A stretch of 64,000 nucleotides of DNA from positions 852,301-916,300 of the forward strand of contig OZ287704.1 in NCBI GenBank assembly GCA_965649825.1, in the 5' to 3' direction. The notes beneath the pieces were generated by a model. It worked only from the letters and a program-made list of their open reading frames with translations, did not search any database and was not told where the DNA came from. A program made the translations under genes and the position numbers. The DNA comes from Penicillus capitatus. Its lineage: Eukaryota > Plantae > Chlorophyta. Positions 34,757 through 48,799 of this stretch are shown here, one piece after another; within the stretch, counting starts at the first letter, position 1; each line of letters opens with the position of its first letter.

Positions 34757-37700
34757 ATGGTGAGTAGCGACGAAGACCGAAGTCGTCGACGTGAGCGAAG
34801 AAAGCATCGTTCGCGTGAGAAACACCGCAAACGTGACGACCGTCATATTGAAAGGCGGCGCGACAAGGGTGACGACAAACGTCGTCGACTCGAAGACAAG
34901 GTTGACGCCCGGTCTCCACGCAGAGTCAGTCATCCGTTTTGCATTCGCACGCCCCTTCCGACTCTCTTTGCTCTTGTCAGGAAAGCACACGTCGTTCGGA
35001 GGATTCGACACGTAGTCGCGACAAGTGCGGTGTTGAAAAAAAGGGAAAGCGCGCGAAATAGGGTGGCTGTAGGGAACGACGTCGAAGTCGAGATGAGCGA
35101 CGACGACATTCATCCGAGAGACGTCATCGTCGACACCGTTCACGTTCGCGGGAGGGACGAGCGCATACGAAGCCAAAAGAAACATCGCCAGCTGTGCTGA
35201 CGCCTGTCGAAGCGAAACGCGACGTGCCGCAGAAGATCGTCATCGATGAAGAGACGCGTTTGGCACTGGAGCAGCAACGAAAACGCGAGGAGCAAGAGAA
35301 ATTGGATCTCGAAATGGAGAAGCGACGCGAGCGTGTGCGCAAATGGCAAGAAAAGCGTCGCCAGGTTTGCATTGCTGTTCTCAAGGTGCATAGCCTCAAT
35401 AGTATCGCTGTTGATAGGACATCGAAAAGAGTGAGAAAGAGATGGATGCTCGAGAAAGAGAGATTGCAAATAAGAAGAAATGGTCACTGGAGGATGACGA
35501 GGATGACGAAGATATGGAAGAAGGGGGTAAGACGGTGCGAGAAACGGAGCAGACAGACGCGACCATGGAAGAAGGGAGAGAGATTGTGGAGATGGGAGGC
35601 GCCGAGGCGGATCCTCTCGAGGAGTTTATGGCCCAAGAGATTCTTCCCAGAATGGAGGAGGATGTCAAGCAGGCGTTGTTCTTGGAGGAGAAAGAAGAGC
35701 AGAACGCGATCAAAGATGGCCGCATTGAAGACGCAAGAAGCGTTCACGTTCCCGATGCCAAGGCAGACAAGAAAAAAGAAATCGATCCCTACGATTCAGA
35801 CGCCAGTGATTTTTGGCACATCGAAGACGACGATGACGATGAAGACGATGAGGTGACGGCCGAATGGGAAAGGGGATTCGGTGATGCGAATGTCATATGT
35901 GTTGCAGGAGTGGTTTCGGAAATTGCAGGCCGGACGGTTGAGCAAAGGCGATAAACTTGCGCCAGTGGATCACTCGACCATCAACTACGCAGCATTCCAG
36001 AAAAATCTTTACAGGGAAGTGAGAGAAGTGACAAAGATGACAGAAGAAGAGGTGAAGGCGTATCGCAAAGAGATCGATAACATCAAAGTCCGCGGAAAAC
36101 GAATTCCGAAGCCGATCAAGACCTGGAGTCAATCTGGGTTATCCGAACGCGTGATTGAGATCATGAAGAAAGCTGGATTCCATAAGCCTCTGCCAATTCA
36201 GGCCCAGGCACTTCCGATCGTCATGTCTGGCCGCGATTGTATCGGCATTGCCAAGACTGGATCCGGAAAGACCTTGGCTTTTGTTCTGCCAATGCTCCGT
36301 CACATCAAGGCACAAGAGGCTCTGGAATCTGGAGATGGGCCTATTGGTCTCGTTATGGCACCGACCCGTGAACTGGTGCAGCAAATTGGCAAAGAGATTA
36401 AGCATTTTACCAAGTTTCTGGATCTGATCGCTGTCTGTGTTTACGGTGGCTCTGGCGTGGCAAATCAGATCAATGAACTGAAACGGGGCTGCGAGATCGT
36501 TGTGTGTACACCTGGGCGTATGATCGATCTATTGGTGACCAGCAATGGCAAGATCACAAATCTTCGCCGAGTCACTTTTCTTGTGCTGGACGAGGCAGAT
36601 CGGATGTTTGATATGGGATTTGAGCCTCAGATTACGCGAATTGTCAGTAATATCCGTCCGGATCGTCAAACAGTGATGTTTTCTGCCACTTTCCCGCGGC
36701 AAGTCGAAGTACTCGCTCGTAAGCTCCTCCAAGAGCCGATCGAAATCTTGGTTGGTGGTAGAAGTGTTGTCAATGCAGACATCACACAATTCGTTGAAAT
36801 TCGCTCGTCAGATGAGCGACTCTTACGTACCCTCGAAATCCTGGGTCAGTGGAATGACAAGGGCAAAGTGGGTCACTCTTCTCACACCTTTCTTCCACAC
36901 GAAGTGGTTTGGCATCCAGGTCTTGGTCTTCGTCAACTCTCAGGAGTCCTGCGATGTCCTCTTTCGTGATCTATTGCGTCACGGCTATCCATGCCTGTCT
37001 TTGCATGGTGGCAAAGATCAGAATGATCGTGAAAGCACGATCTCAGATTTCAAAGGAAATGTTTGCAATCTAATGGTTGCGACATCTGTGGCCGCAAGAG
37101 GTCTGGATGTCAGAGATCTCGTACTAGTGCTAAATTATGAAGTGCCGAATCATCACGAAGATTATGTGCACAGGGTTGGGCGCACGGGAAGAGCTGGTAA
37201 CAAAGGCACTGCCATTACCTTTATTTCAAACGATGAAGAGAAGTACGCCCCCGATTTAGTCAAGGCTCTGAAGGAATCCAAAGCGCCCATACCTCAAGTC
37301 AGATTTCTTACCCCGGAAGGGGTTTGTCGAATCGGTGGATGTCTGGTGTGTTACAGGACTTGCAGCAATTGGCCGATCAGTTTACTCAGAAGAAGAGTAA
37401 GGGATTGGCTCTGGCTCATGGCAGTGGCTACGGTGGGTCTGGATTTAAATTTGATGAACATGAAGAGGATGAACGCAAGGCACTCCGAAAAGTACATCAC
37501 TTGTTTGGCTGCCTTTCTATCCCCAGCTCCTTCGCTGTGTAGGCTCAGCAAAAAGAATTCAGAATGGAAGACGACAGCGAGTCCGATGACGAAGCTGCTG
37601 TCGCTGTCAAGCACACTCTGAGCCTTGGAACAGCTGCAACGACGAGCGGTCCGGGTGGCAATGTGGTAAACATGTTGTTGCCTATCGGTTGTCCTCATCG

Positions 37701-38381
37701 ATTCCGTTTCAGGATATCCGAAGTCTGCCACAAGTGCAGGCCGCCCATCAACTCGCGGCAAAGATGGCGGCTCAGGCGGCCAGTGGTGGACCGGGAATTG
37801 TGCAGGGGGTTGGACAACCGGGATCTTCTGTCATGCAAGGTATCGTGGCCAAACACGAGGCGGCTTACGGAGGCGACAATCCCATTCTGGCAGCAGCAAA
37901 AGCAGCTGCTGGACAGATCGCTGCCAAGGCTGGCATGGGTGGTGCTGTGCTCCCTCCTGCTCCCTCGCCGTTTGCTCCTGGCGCTGGAATGGTCCCGCTC
38001 GGAGAACGGCACTTTGAAGCTGAACTCGAGATCAATGATTTCCCACAACATGCAAGATGGAAGGTGATTTGCATCTATACACAGACAGTCTCCTTTTCTT
38101 TAAAAGACTCACACATGCTGTGCCTCTTCTAGATTACACATCGTGACACTCTTGCGGCTGTGAATGAATTAACAGGAGCAGCTGTGACAACTCGTGGACT
38201 GTATCAGAAGCCAGGAACACAATTGAGCTTTGGTGAAAGAAAGCTGTATCTCTTGATCGAGGGTTTTACGGAATCTGCCGTGCGAAAGGCCAAAGCAGAG
38301 TTGAAAAAGATTCTTGCAGAGACCACAGAAAAAGTGATGCGGAGAGACGCCCCAACGACCGGTAAATACAGTGTCCTCTAG
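34757..38381 (+). CDS. DDX46: DEAD-box RNA helicase DDX46/Prp5
   Basis: RS/RD-rich N-terminus, [32 protein letters not shown], and C-terminal [14 protein letters not shown] / [16 protein letters not shown] at 38461. Confidence 0.97.
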
Positions 38382-40142
38382 TGCGGCACAAACAGCCAGA
38401 ACTTTCCGAGTTCTAGCAGATGCGCCTCATTCGTGTCCGTCTTTATTTTCTGTTTCTTCGTGTAATGACGCACATCAACCAAAATCGCATCCTTTGGACA
38501 GACTTCGAGTTTCGCCTGTTCATCTTCCAATGCTGTTAACTGCCTTGCCTCTTCCTGTTTTAACGCCAAAAGAACCGCATCCTTCTCCTTCAGCCGCTCG
38601 ATCGCCGTCTAACACCATCCAATGTCACATCAGATGGGCAGAGTGGGAATGGGGTACTTGTGATGCTTTGATGGCGGCGAGAGCCTTCTCTTTCTGTTTA
38701 AGGGCATGGCTCTTTTCTTTGCCGAGATCGGTTAGCTGATTCAGTTTGGCTCTGTAACTGGTGTTCCAGCTTCGAGATGCCTCCTTGAGTGCCTCTTTCG
38801 CTTTGTCTAGTTTCATCTTCGCCGTTTCGACATCTGCTTTGGCCTTCTCTAGACTCGCGATGGCTTCTTCGGCCTCTTTCACCTCTTTCTCCATCTCCTG
38901 TCGCTTCAGTTTCTCCATACGTGCTTTGGTCACTCTTAAATTCGAATCTGGCAGGCGGCCGGATTCTTGAAAACGATCGTCATTCATGCCCTTCAACGCC
39001 TCAACGTCATTTACAAACCCTGCATCGATCCAAAGCTTTTCGAGGGATTTGAGGAGGCCATAACAGGCGGAAACAATTTTCCTTCGGTGTTCATTCTTTA
39101 CAGCTTGACTTCTCAAATAGAGACCTGCTTCTTGCAGGACATCTTTGCTACTGGTGTAGGGCGACCGCACCCAGTTTCTGTTCTTGGCTTCGATCAGCGA
39201 CGTGCCAATCTCTGTTAACGATGGAACAAACGACGCAGGAAGCGACCCCTGTTCCAAAGCGGATGCGTGTGAAGTGTGACTCAGCTTCTGCAAAACAGAA
39301 ATGCAGGATTCCAGTTGACGAATAGCCTCCGGATCCAACAGCTTCTCCTTTGTCTTTCCGTACACAGATGTCGTCTTGCTGCGTGAGGCATGGTTGCGTT
39401 TGGTGCCTTTTCCAAGTTTTATTTTCAATTTGGATGCAGCTGTCGTGGACTTCTGTTGCGTCGTGGAAGAAGCGAGAAGCTGCGGAGAAGCTTCATCATC
39501 AAACGTCTTTTTGACGATCAATCGACGACTACGTTTCCCTTCTTCAGATGCCGATGCCATAGACTCCGTCGCATCGTGTCCAGGTTTTCGGTAGGCGAAT
39601 TCGTAACGGGCCTCTTCCATGTTCAGCTGTTTTCTGCATCGATGCCACCAGGACTCGAACAACGCGCTCAGCTTCTCCGATGCTAAGTAGACCGGACTGC
39701 CAGCCTGGTTAAACGTCTGGCAGTTTCTCCAGACCTATGATGTGACAGGAGTGACCACTATACGTTCGTTGAAAGTATGAGTGAGACACACAAGATGGAG
39801 ATCTGCAAAGAAGCTGGTCAAGTCCTTGTATGTCTGATCCTTCAGCTTCCAGAAAACGAGCCCTAAGTCCATAGGCTCCTGCAAACCGTCCATCCGACGG
39901 GTGGTCACGAAAACGACGTTGACTTTAATAATGTTGCGATACTCAGGAATTCCGAGAGCCTCGGCGTCCACCGCTTCGTTGAAGTAACGTTTGGCGTCGA
40001 TGTCTTGCATGAGACGCCGCAGAAGCTACACATCACCCAACAGCCTCTCTTCTCTGCTCCCTGTCCCCCATGCTGTCGCACTCACCCTCAGCAGCTCCTG
40101 TTGCACCTCGGTTTGCATCGCAAAGGATCGCGATCGTCTCAT
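38378..40142 (-). CDS. Bromodomain protein with coiled-coil C-terminus
   Basis: YFNEAVDAEALGIPEYRNIIK / EPMDLGLVFWKL / FFADLHLV / WRNCQTFN..GSPVY is a bromodomain, followed by a Lys/Glu-rich coiled coil. Confidence 0.85.
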
Positions 40143-40641
40143 GTGGTGGTCGAGCTTCGCGTGCGACCGGCGACTCTGGGCGAGCGAACGGGATGTGACG
40201 TTCCTTTAATGTACGGCACGAGTCGTACTGTTCCAGTTATTGGGGAAGTTCTTTATCTCAAAGTCAATATAGTCTATCTGCACTAGTAACTCCTTGAAGA
40301 ACTCAACCGGAGACGTGAAGAGTCTCGCATTTTATTCGATTGTCCTCTCGACCATCCGCTCCTTTGAGACGCAAGGCTTCACGCTGTCGTAAGGTCAGGA
40401 GAGCACGGACGCGATGACGGCGAAAAGACGACTTTGACTCGACGCGCGCAGCTTGACTCGACGACTCGGTACTGTCCGATGGCGCCCGTGTGATGTGTGC
40501 GATAACGATGTCGGTCTCAGACGTGTGTGATCGCGTAGTGTGTATGGTCGTCGTTGACCGTCTGACGCAACGATGGCATTGATAAAGAGAGAGATATACG
40601 AAGAGCGTTTTACCGAACAGAATAGCGACGAGACGTTCGAC

Positions 40642-41429
40642 ATGGGGTACTACGCGAATTGGATGCCGTTCATCGGCGAAAGATGTCGCAATGATGTCGA
40701 CGGTAAGTGACGATGACCATCGACAGTTTCGTTACGATGCGATGTGCAGATTCGGTGCTTGCGTTTGGGATGACGGACGATGTGTATCCAATCGTATCGC
40801 CGATGGACGATCGTTCGTCTTCGGAAAGAATCGATGAATGGTTCGCGTCGATTCCGGGTCCATTTCCGATCGGCGAACCGATCGATGGGCTCAAAGTCGA
40901 TCCGTCTCTGATCGTCGCTTCCGATGGCCAATCGTCGATACCGATGCAGAGCGTCTTCGAACCGCCGATCCAGGTTCCGAATGCTGCGATTCGACTGCCG
41001 TCATCACGAACGGTTGAAAAGAGTGAGACCTCGTGGCCATCGAAAATGACAAAGTCTCACCAGAAACGCGAGAAATGGTATCCGCCGTTGCTACCGGCCA
41101 TCATCAAACGTGGTGATGTCGTTGTGCATCGAGCCAGTCAGAATTCGCGAGACGGATCGGAACGGATCACCGTTCACATGAAATCATTAGAAGATGGATA
41201 CAAATGGCGGAAATATGGACAGAAATCCGTCAAGGGCAATATATTCCCACGAAGCTACTACAAATGCACCTATCCGGGATGTCAGTGTCGCAAGCAGGTG
41301 GAGAAATCCCCAACCGAAGCAGGAATTTTGCTATCGACGTATGAAGGTCTACACTGTCATCCACCATGTCCCAAGAAACCGCATGTCAAATCATCCACCT
41401 CCAATAGAAAACTGCACGACGAAGCGTAA
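40642..41429 (+). CDS. WRKY: Single-domain WRKY transcription factor
   Basis: DGYKWRKYGQKSVKGNIFPRSYYKCTYPGCQCRKQVEK...TYEGLHCH (C-X4-C-X23-H-X-H). One 5' intron; TGTAA at 41639. Confidence 0.93.
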
Positions 41430-42047
41430 GCGATGAGGAATGCCCAATGAAGGCGTTTCGATTTTTTTGGTTCCATTGGAGAGGCATTGCCGTTGATGCT
41501 CTCCTTTTGTGTTCCTATATTTTCTAGACAACAGCTGGCCAGCTTTGCAGCTCTTTTGAAAATTTCTCCATTCTTGATGGCATCGATGTTGACGAACGAC
41601 GATCGTTGATGCTGTCTCTATCCAAAGACTTACTTGTCTGTAAATCTGTCTGCCTGTCTGCCTGCCTACATGTCTGTAGCCAACCAGACATTGTTCTCAT
41701 TTTGATATTCTGTATCTAGCTTATTGTTATTAATTCAAAGGGGGATGACTCATGTATCAAGCATACATGACTCAATGTCCATGTGCGCTCTCGAACGCGA
41801 ACGTGGCGTTCTGGCTATCAGATAGCAAAACAGGATCGATGAGGTGCTACTCGCGACTAGAAACAGATGCCAGTTGTAAAATCGTAAGAAAACACATGCT
41901 CTATAAAGAACACCATCTTGTCCGACATTTTCAGCTTGATAAAAAAGTTCACAAATGTGTTGGACGCACCATCTGTCGTCGTAAAATACTCTTTTGTTGG
42001 CCTTGACTGGCCCTGCCCTGCCATTCCTCATACAGCCTCGTGTCTTT

Positions 42048-44263
42048 TCACCAACGGTGGTGACGTCCGATTCTGTGACATCTATAAAGCTTTGGTTTTG
42101 TCAGCCAGCGAGCCAAGCCTCCTTCTCGTGTCAATCGACTGACGATCTTTGAGTGGCGCTGTTGATCGGCATAGTACAGTGCCGTGAAGCCTTTTGGATC
42201 GGTCCGATTCACATCAACCCCCAGTTCAATCAACTTCTCCACCACACTGCTCCATCCATTCGAGGCAGCATAGTGCAGCAATGTATTGCCGGTACTGTCT
42301 CTCTCATTCAGTTCCTCACCACGAAGTTCCAGAGATTCCAGCAGAGATTCAACGAGAGAGGCATGGCCATAACGGGCCGCCAGCATTAAAGGCATAGTCC
42401 CATCGACATCTTTGGCGCAGGGATCGGCGCCGCTCTCCAAAAGAAATCGAATGATCTTCCATTTTCCGTTGCGCACTGCCACGTGCAAAGGCGTTGAGAA
42501 TTCATAACAGGCGCCTTCATTGACATCCATGCCGCTCTCGACCATAAATCTCAGCAGATCGAGATCTGCCATCCGAGCAGCATAACATATGGGTGCCAGA
42601 AGATCGAGATCGACCAGATGCGGATCGGCACCCTGTTGCAGCAGCTCTGTGATAATGTCGCGAGCTCTCCATGTCACCGCCACGTGCAGTGGCGTCCGAT
42701 TCGATCCATCGAAGGCATTGACATCTGCATTGGCCGAAAGCAGCATCCTGGTCACGACCAAGTTGCCGGAAGCGGCAGCCAAATGCAGTGGTGTGCGACC
42801 ATCTTCCGTGCAATGTGCATCGACACGTGCACCCAGATCCAATAGAGAACGAACGCCTAGATACAGCATCGATGTGTCATGGATATGATGTGACATCTGA
42901 CGATGGATGGGCACCTGGAATATCTCCTCTGTGAACAGCAAAGTGTAAAGCAGTGCTGCAGTCATAGTTATCGTCTGTCTCCAGCGTGTACGCAGGATTG
43001 CCGTAGTCAATGTCCGCTCCGTAATCCACCAGTAGTTTCATCAAATCGTAGCGTCCTTTTGCAGCTAACTCGGACAGAATGGATGGTGTAAAATACTCTC
43101 CACTCACCAGCATACCATGTCGACTGGCAGATTTCAAAAAAGATTCAATGAGATGATAATCAAGGGTCTTTGTCACTCTCTGTAGCGCTAATTCTGGAAT
43201 ACGTATAGTTGATACATGAACAGAAGGATGCATTGCAGATCTCAACGATGCCACATCCATGCCATAAGAATTGACTAATTTCAGTTCTCTAAGACGTGGC
43301 ATCTGTGGTAGGATACTAAAGTCTCGAGCAACCCATGCTTCAGATGGACAGGCGATCGCAAGGGAGGTCAAACGGGGGAACTTTGATGCCAAACATTGGA
43401 GACACTGTGGTGTGAGCTCCATGCACCCATCGAGTGAGAGATCCTCCAGAAATGGCATCGCTGGCAAAGACTGAAGGGACTCGAGATGGATGCCCGACTC
43501 GAACAGAACGAGACGGCGGAGTGAAGGAATGCCTGCGAGACAGCCGAACGAGAGAGATTCCTGTTCAGCTGTATACTGCATCACAGCCAGTTCTGTCAGA
43601 TCCTGCATTCCTTCCAAAAATCCGCACGCTTCTCTGCAACACACACGTGTCAGACGGTCTCATGTCGTCATCTCACACATCTCACTTCCAATCGGGTGTC
43701 ACATGGGTGAGCAAGAGACTCTTAATGGAAGAAAAATGTCGCAGATGGTGGTAATCATCGAGGACAAAGTTGGAACAGTTATGTACGGCGAGTTTTTCCA
43801 ACTGTTTCCAGGCCAAGTTTTGGCAACGCAGTGTCTGAAAAATGTCACCATCCACAGACAGTTCTTTAAGATGTTTACATGGATGGAGCGCTTCGAAACC
43901 TTTCATCACTTTCCCTTTGCAGTTCTTCAAAACGAGTCGCTCCAGATGTTGACAGTTGCCAAGATCGTGCATGAACTGATGGTTTTGGGATGAAATATCG
44001 AAGGCAGCATGCGCTGCAATGTCACGGAGATTTTGAAACTTTTTCGAGATTTGGTTGGTCGCAAAATCTCCAGAAATTCTGATAGAGAGGCACTCCAAAC
44101 GTGAGTCCACATGCTGCTTCCAAGCCCTGCAAACGCTGCGCAGATTTTTCAGCACCTCCTTATCTTCCGACGTGTCCAGGCGAGAAAGCAGAACCGTAAA
44201 GATATCACCGGGGAGTGCATCCCAATCGGTGCATGTACCCGTAGACGAGGACGTCTCTTCCAC
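42048..44263 (-). CDS. F-box-like / LRR / ankyrin-repeat protein
   Basis: N-terminal WDALPGDIFTVLLSRL...LRSVCRAWKQ (F-box-like), AMN1-type LRRs, then about 6 ANK repeats (GRTPLHLAA, NRTPLHVAV, STPLHVAV, GTMPLMLAA, GNTLLHYAA). Two GT-AG introns join ORFs 43682-44263, 42877-43644 and 42048-43010 in frame. Confidence 0.85.
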
Positions 44264-44461
44264 TGCCTAGCAACAATCGTAGAGATGTGTCATGGCGTTG
44301 TCTTTTGAAAGGTCGCGTCGGAAAAGAGCACCGACGCGGAGACGCTGTTTACCGTTCGTGTGACGACCCAGTCGACGGCACGTGCAAACAAATCCATTCG
44401 CGAGGCAAGACGTTAACGATGGAGCAGATGGTCTATCGACCAATGGCCATGCAACAACGCG

Positions 44462-46025
44462 TCAAATCTTCTTAACGATTTGTACAATGTCCTCATCTTC
44501 TAAAACATGTTCTTTACCAACTCTCTGCGGACGATGGCGCACACTTGTACCCCAGACCTAGATAAAAAAGAGTGAGAAATGAGTGAGAAATGATAGGGCA
44601 GACAAGTGCATGTTTAAATTGCTTCAGAATGGTTTTATGGATCTTGTTGCAGAAATCTTCGACCATGCATCTTGCACGAGGCAGCACGACAGGATCTTCA
44701 TAGTCTGGCAATTTGCCCTTCGGTTTTGTATAGACGCGTACCAGATCGAGATATTCCCAGATCATTTCGACAAGTCCATCCAGATTCCATTCGTGATAGG
44801 CGCAGATGGGACAGTAGTGTGGCATCTGATCTAACACATTCAGCTCTTCCAGAGTGATCTGATCGATCTTATTGATCACATAGATCACGGGAACATAGAC
44901 GCGACTGCCTTCGATGACATCGACAACGTCATCGATCTCGCAGTCATCTTTGCAATGCACATCGGCATTGTGTATCCTGTATTCTGCACAGACAGCCTTG
45001 ACAGCCTCGATATCCAGTTTCGGATTCTTCACCCCGGACGTAAAACTGATCCCTAAACGCACATTGAATGTTGCAGGCTTCGAGGGGAAGGCAGATAACG
45101 TGACCTCCTTTGTCTTTTTTGCGAAACGCAATGTTTGGAGGTGTCTTATTGATCCGGATGCCAAATCCTTCCAGTTCATGCTCGATGAGTTTTTTGTGCG
45201 TAATGGGCTTCAGACAATCCAGCACGATGAGAATCATGTCACAGGACTTGGCAGAACTGATCACCTAATGCGCCATTCTCACACATGTCATCCTCGAATG
45301 TAGCAAGAGCAACCTGTCGACCTCGACCTTTTCCATCCTTCGCTCCTTCGATGATCCCCGGAAGATCGACCACTTGAATCTTCGCACCTGCCGAAATCGC
45401 GCATCGAACAAAGCAGAAGCAGCCAAGGTCCTACTCGCCTCTATAACGAATGATGCCAGGAACGGCCGTCAATGTCGTAAATTCGTAAGCGGCTGCCTAT
45501 GTCATTGAAGTCCATAGCAATACAGGGCACAGATGTGGCGAACTTCGGAGAATGTCCCTGTCAGTTTTGTCAGCAAGGTCGATTTTCCAACCGAAGGAAA
45601 TCCTGACATCCTCGCAGGCAATGCTCTAAGGCGTCGGCGTATGTCGTGGTCTTACCGACGAGGCCAATCCTTGCATCTCCGACCTTCTGCACATCGAATC
45701 CTGTCGTCTCAAGCTGTCAGTCCTGTCCATCGGGTCAGTTGCTTCAATGCATTTACCTTCACCTTTCCCACCTCCACCTCCACCAGACGCAGGCTCGATC
45801 AATTCACGGCGCAATTTCGCAAGCTTTGCCTAAGAACGAGCACACGTGAGGTCACACTGTCACACACGAGAAGTCCCTCCACCTTTAGTAGTCCCAAATG
45901 CCCTGCCGTCGCCTTGTTCTTCTGTGTTCGAGCCATCTACATAGAGAGATCGGTCACTGCACTCTAAGGAATGCACAAAGCACTTCGTCCTCGATTTCTT
46001 TAATCTTCTGCATGACAGAGGCCAT
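44462..46025 (-). CDS. DRG1: Developmentally regulated GTP-binding protein, DRG1/Rbg1 type
   Basis: [62 protein letters not shown] domain ending [13 protein letters not shown]. One GC-AG intron at 45438-45388. Confidence 0.96.
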
Positions 46026-46121
46026 GGTGAAGTCGAGGTCTCTCAAACGAAACAATGTCTGCCACGAGAGGTCACGTCAAACGTCATTCGTGCTGCATCG
46101 ATATCGGGTTTTGTGTCCGCG

Positions 46122-47171
46122 ATGAGTTTTCTCGATGCACGCGAGCATGGAGCGAAGCCTGGGTCAGGCGGCGTCGCCAGTGCTCAGCAGGAAGGCATCG
46201 ACCGTCGTGAACGACTGCGTCGACTGGCCCTCGAAACCATCGACCTATCAAAGGACCCCTACTATATGCGCAATCATCTGGGACAGATCGAATGCCGTCT
46301 CTGTCTAACACTACACAGCAATGAAGGAAACTACTTGGCGCACACTCAAGTGCGATATCCTGCCGCGATGACTGGAGAGAGATATTGTTGATGGGTGGTC
46401 TGTTGCAGGGTAAACGCCATCAACAGAATCTGGCCAAGCGTGCGGCGCGGGAAGCTGCCGAGAAGCCAATGATGCCCATGGCTGTCAAACGTGTCCAGCC
46501 AAAGAAAACAGGCAACATCTCGCCATCCTCCATCATCCCAGATGACCCTTTTCTCTGTATGTAGTGAAGATCGGTCGACCAGGGTACCGTGTTACCAAAC
46601 AATTCAATCCGGAGACCTGTCAACGATCCTTGCTCTTTCAAGTGTGCCCGCCTTGCGAAAAAGGATTGGATCTGTCAGCTCACTCGTTTTGCATATGCAC
46701 AGATCGAATACCCCGAAATCGAAGAAGACTTTGTTCCGCGCCATCGATTCATGTCATCTTTTGAACAACGCGTCGAAGCGGCTGACAAGAGCTATCAGTA
46801 CTTGCTGTTTGCTGCGGAACCCTATGAGGTCATCGCCTTCAAGATTCCCAATTCGGATATTGATCGAGCTGAAGACAAATTCTTCACTTATTGGTTCGTA
46901 CACCCTGCCTGTGCCCGATGCCAAATTCGGAGTCTTTGTTGTCCACTAGGGACCCCGACAGCAAAATCTTCTCACTCCAACTCCACTTCAAACACGGTAT
47001 GACACGATCTTGATCCTGCGATTAATGGCGATCGCGTTTTTAGAGAGCGCAGTGCATCGTGGAATGGGTGTGCCGCCGCCGCCTCCGGGTCAAATGATGC
47101 CGCCGCCTCCATTGCCTCCGATGCCAGGCATGTTCCGGCCACAGGCGCCCATGACACAGCATCACATATAG
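46122..47171 (+). CDS. SF3A2: Splicing factor 3A subunit 2 (SF3a66/Prp11)
   Basis: RRERLRRLALETIDLSKDPYYMRNHLGQIECRLCLTLHSNEGNYLAHTQGKRHQ, KIGRPGYRVTKQ, PRHRFMSSFEQRVE. One GC-AG intron at 46512-46564. Confidence 0.96.
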
Positions 47172-48799
47172 AAAGACGCTATTAGATGCAAAACGCGGCA
47201 CAATTCTGCACGTCTTGTTGCGCGGATCGTCGTCAAATGCGTCGCCGGCCGAAGCGTGGCGTTGTAGAGGCAAGCAGACGCTTGCCACGTCACATCAAGG
47301 GAATGCCATTTTGACACGCCACCGTCAACGTCACACTCAACGCGATGCGACATCCGTTGGTCTACCGTGCAAAATCTCCGAAACGTCACATCATGTTGCT
47401 TCAAGAACGGTGGCGCTATTGTCCTCGTTGTCTATTTTTTATCTCCTCTTCTCTTTTGCCGTTCATCTTGTTCCGAGTAAAGGCAATTGCGCCTGTTGTT
47501 GCTTTTTGCATTCCTCTTTCGCCGTCCTCGTCCATCTCTCCGCAAACCGCTCCCTTAGCGCAATGCATTCCGCATGGCCGAGTGGTGTCGACATGCCGCT
47601 CGTCATCCCCCAAGAGAAACACGTTTCAAATATTGCAGGTAGAGCACATATTGGCAACGATCTGTTTGCGAGTATCTATTCTCGCAGTCGACTGTGATGG
47701 CGATGTTTCTCGAACGGCTGTGGCAACACGTAGCTTTTCGGATGAAGGTAAGAAGCACCGTCCACGATCCATGCTGATCCTTGGCATAGGCACATTGGGT
47801 ATCGACTCATTTCGATCTTCGAGCTCTTCCGACGTCTATGCGGCTATCACTCGCGCATCCTCATTTAAAAGACGAGTGCGCGATCGGCGTCATCCATACT
47901 ACAAAGTAAAAGAGCGATGCTCTATATACAACATCCGTCTAAGGCAAAGCGGAGAGTAGACGGAATTGTGTCGCTCGTGGGACGAGACCGGTTATTGTCG
48001 CTATGGCGCCCATTGCCAGGTAGGAACTGTCTATCCATGGAATGTGATGTGACTCTGTGGTGTGCGATAGTTTGCGCACGGCAAAGATGAGATTGTGCAT
48101 GTCCCCCGCCATCCCAAGTACAAAACTGTGGTAGGTACTATAAGAGGCTGTTGACAGGCATCCTGCATATTCTGTGTTGTGTCAGGCATGTCGATCCTTT
48201 TCGGCGAAAGGGCATTGTTACTACGGAACCCGTTGTCGGTTTCTGCACACGAGTGGAACATTTGTGCCTACAGAAACGACCAATTTTGTAAGGCTGCTTT
48301 CTCTCTAGAACCCTCCATCATTGCCCCTTGTCTCTGTGCTATGAAGATGAAGTTGAGTGAAAACGGAGGCTATTGCATTCATCGACTCCCGACATTCATT
48401 AAACTCTCGATGGGCTGCTCTGTAGAGAATAGTCCGGCTGAAGAATGAATATAACGAACGTGTGAATAGAGCTCGTTTTCTCAGAGGCATTTGGAGAATC
48501 TCTCCTGCAAGATTGAGTTTCTTTAATATTACGAATCCTGCTGGCAGTAGAAGACATTTGTTGTTTTTTCTGTTGTGATTGTGTTTTATCGACGGTGAGA
48601 TGGGAAGGTGTTTTGGTACCTTCTGGAGAAATTATTCATGTGGTCGAATCTCTGTTGGGTCGGGTGACCACAGAGTGCCACCTTTGGAAGAGGATTTCTT
48701 TCAAGGTTGCTGCACACCGTTGCTCTTTTTTCCGTTTTTTCACATTGTACGACATACTATGGCCGGCATGGTGTTAGACACCTGAGCTTGTAATCTTTG

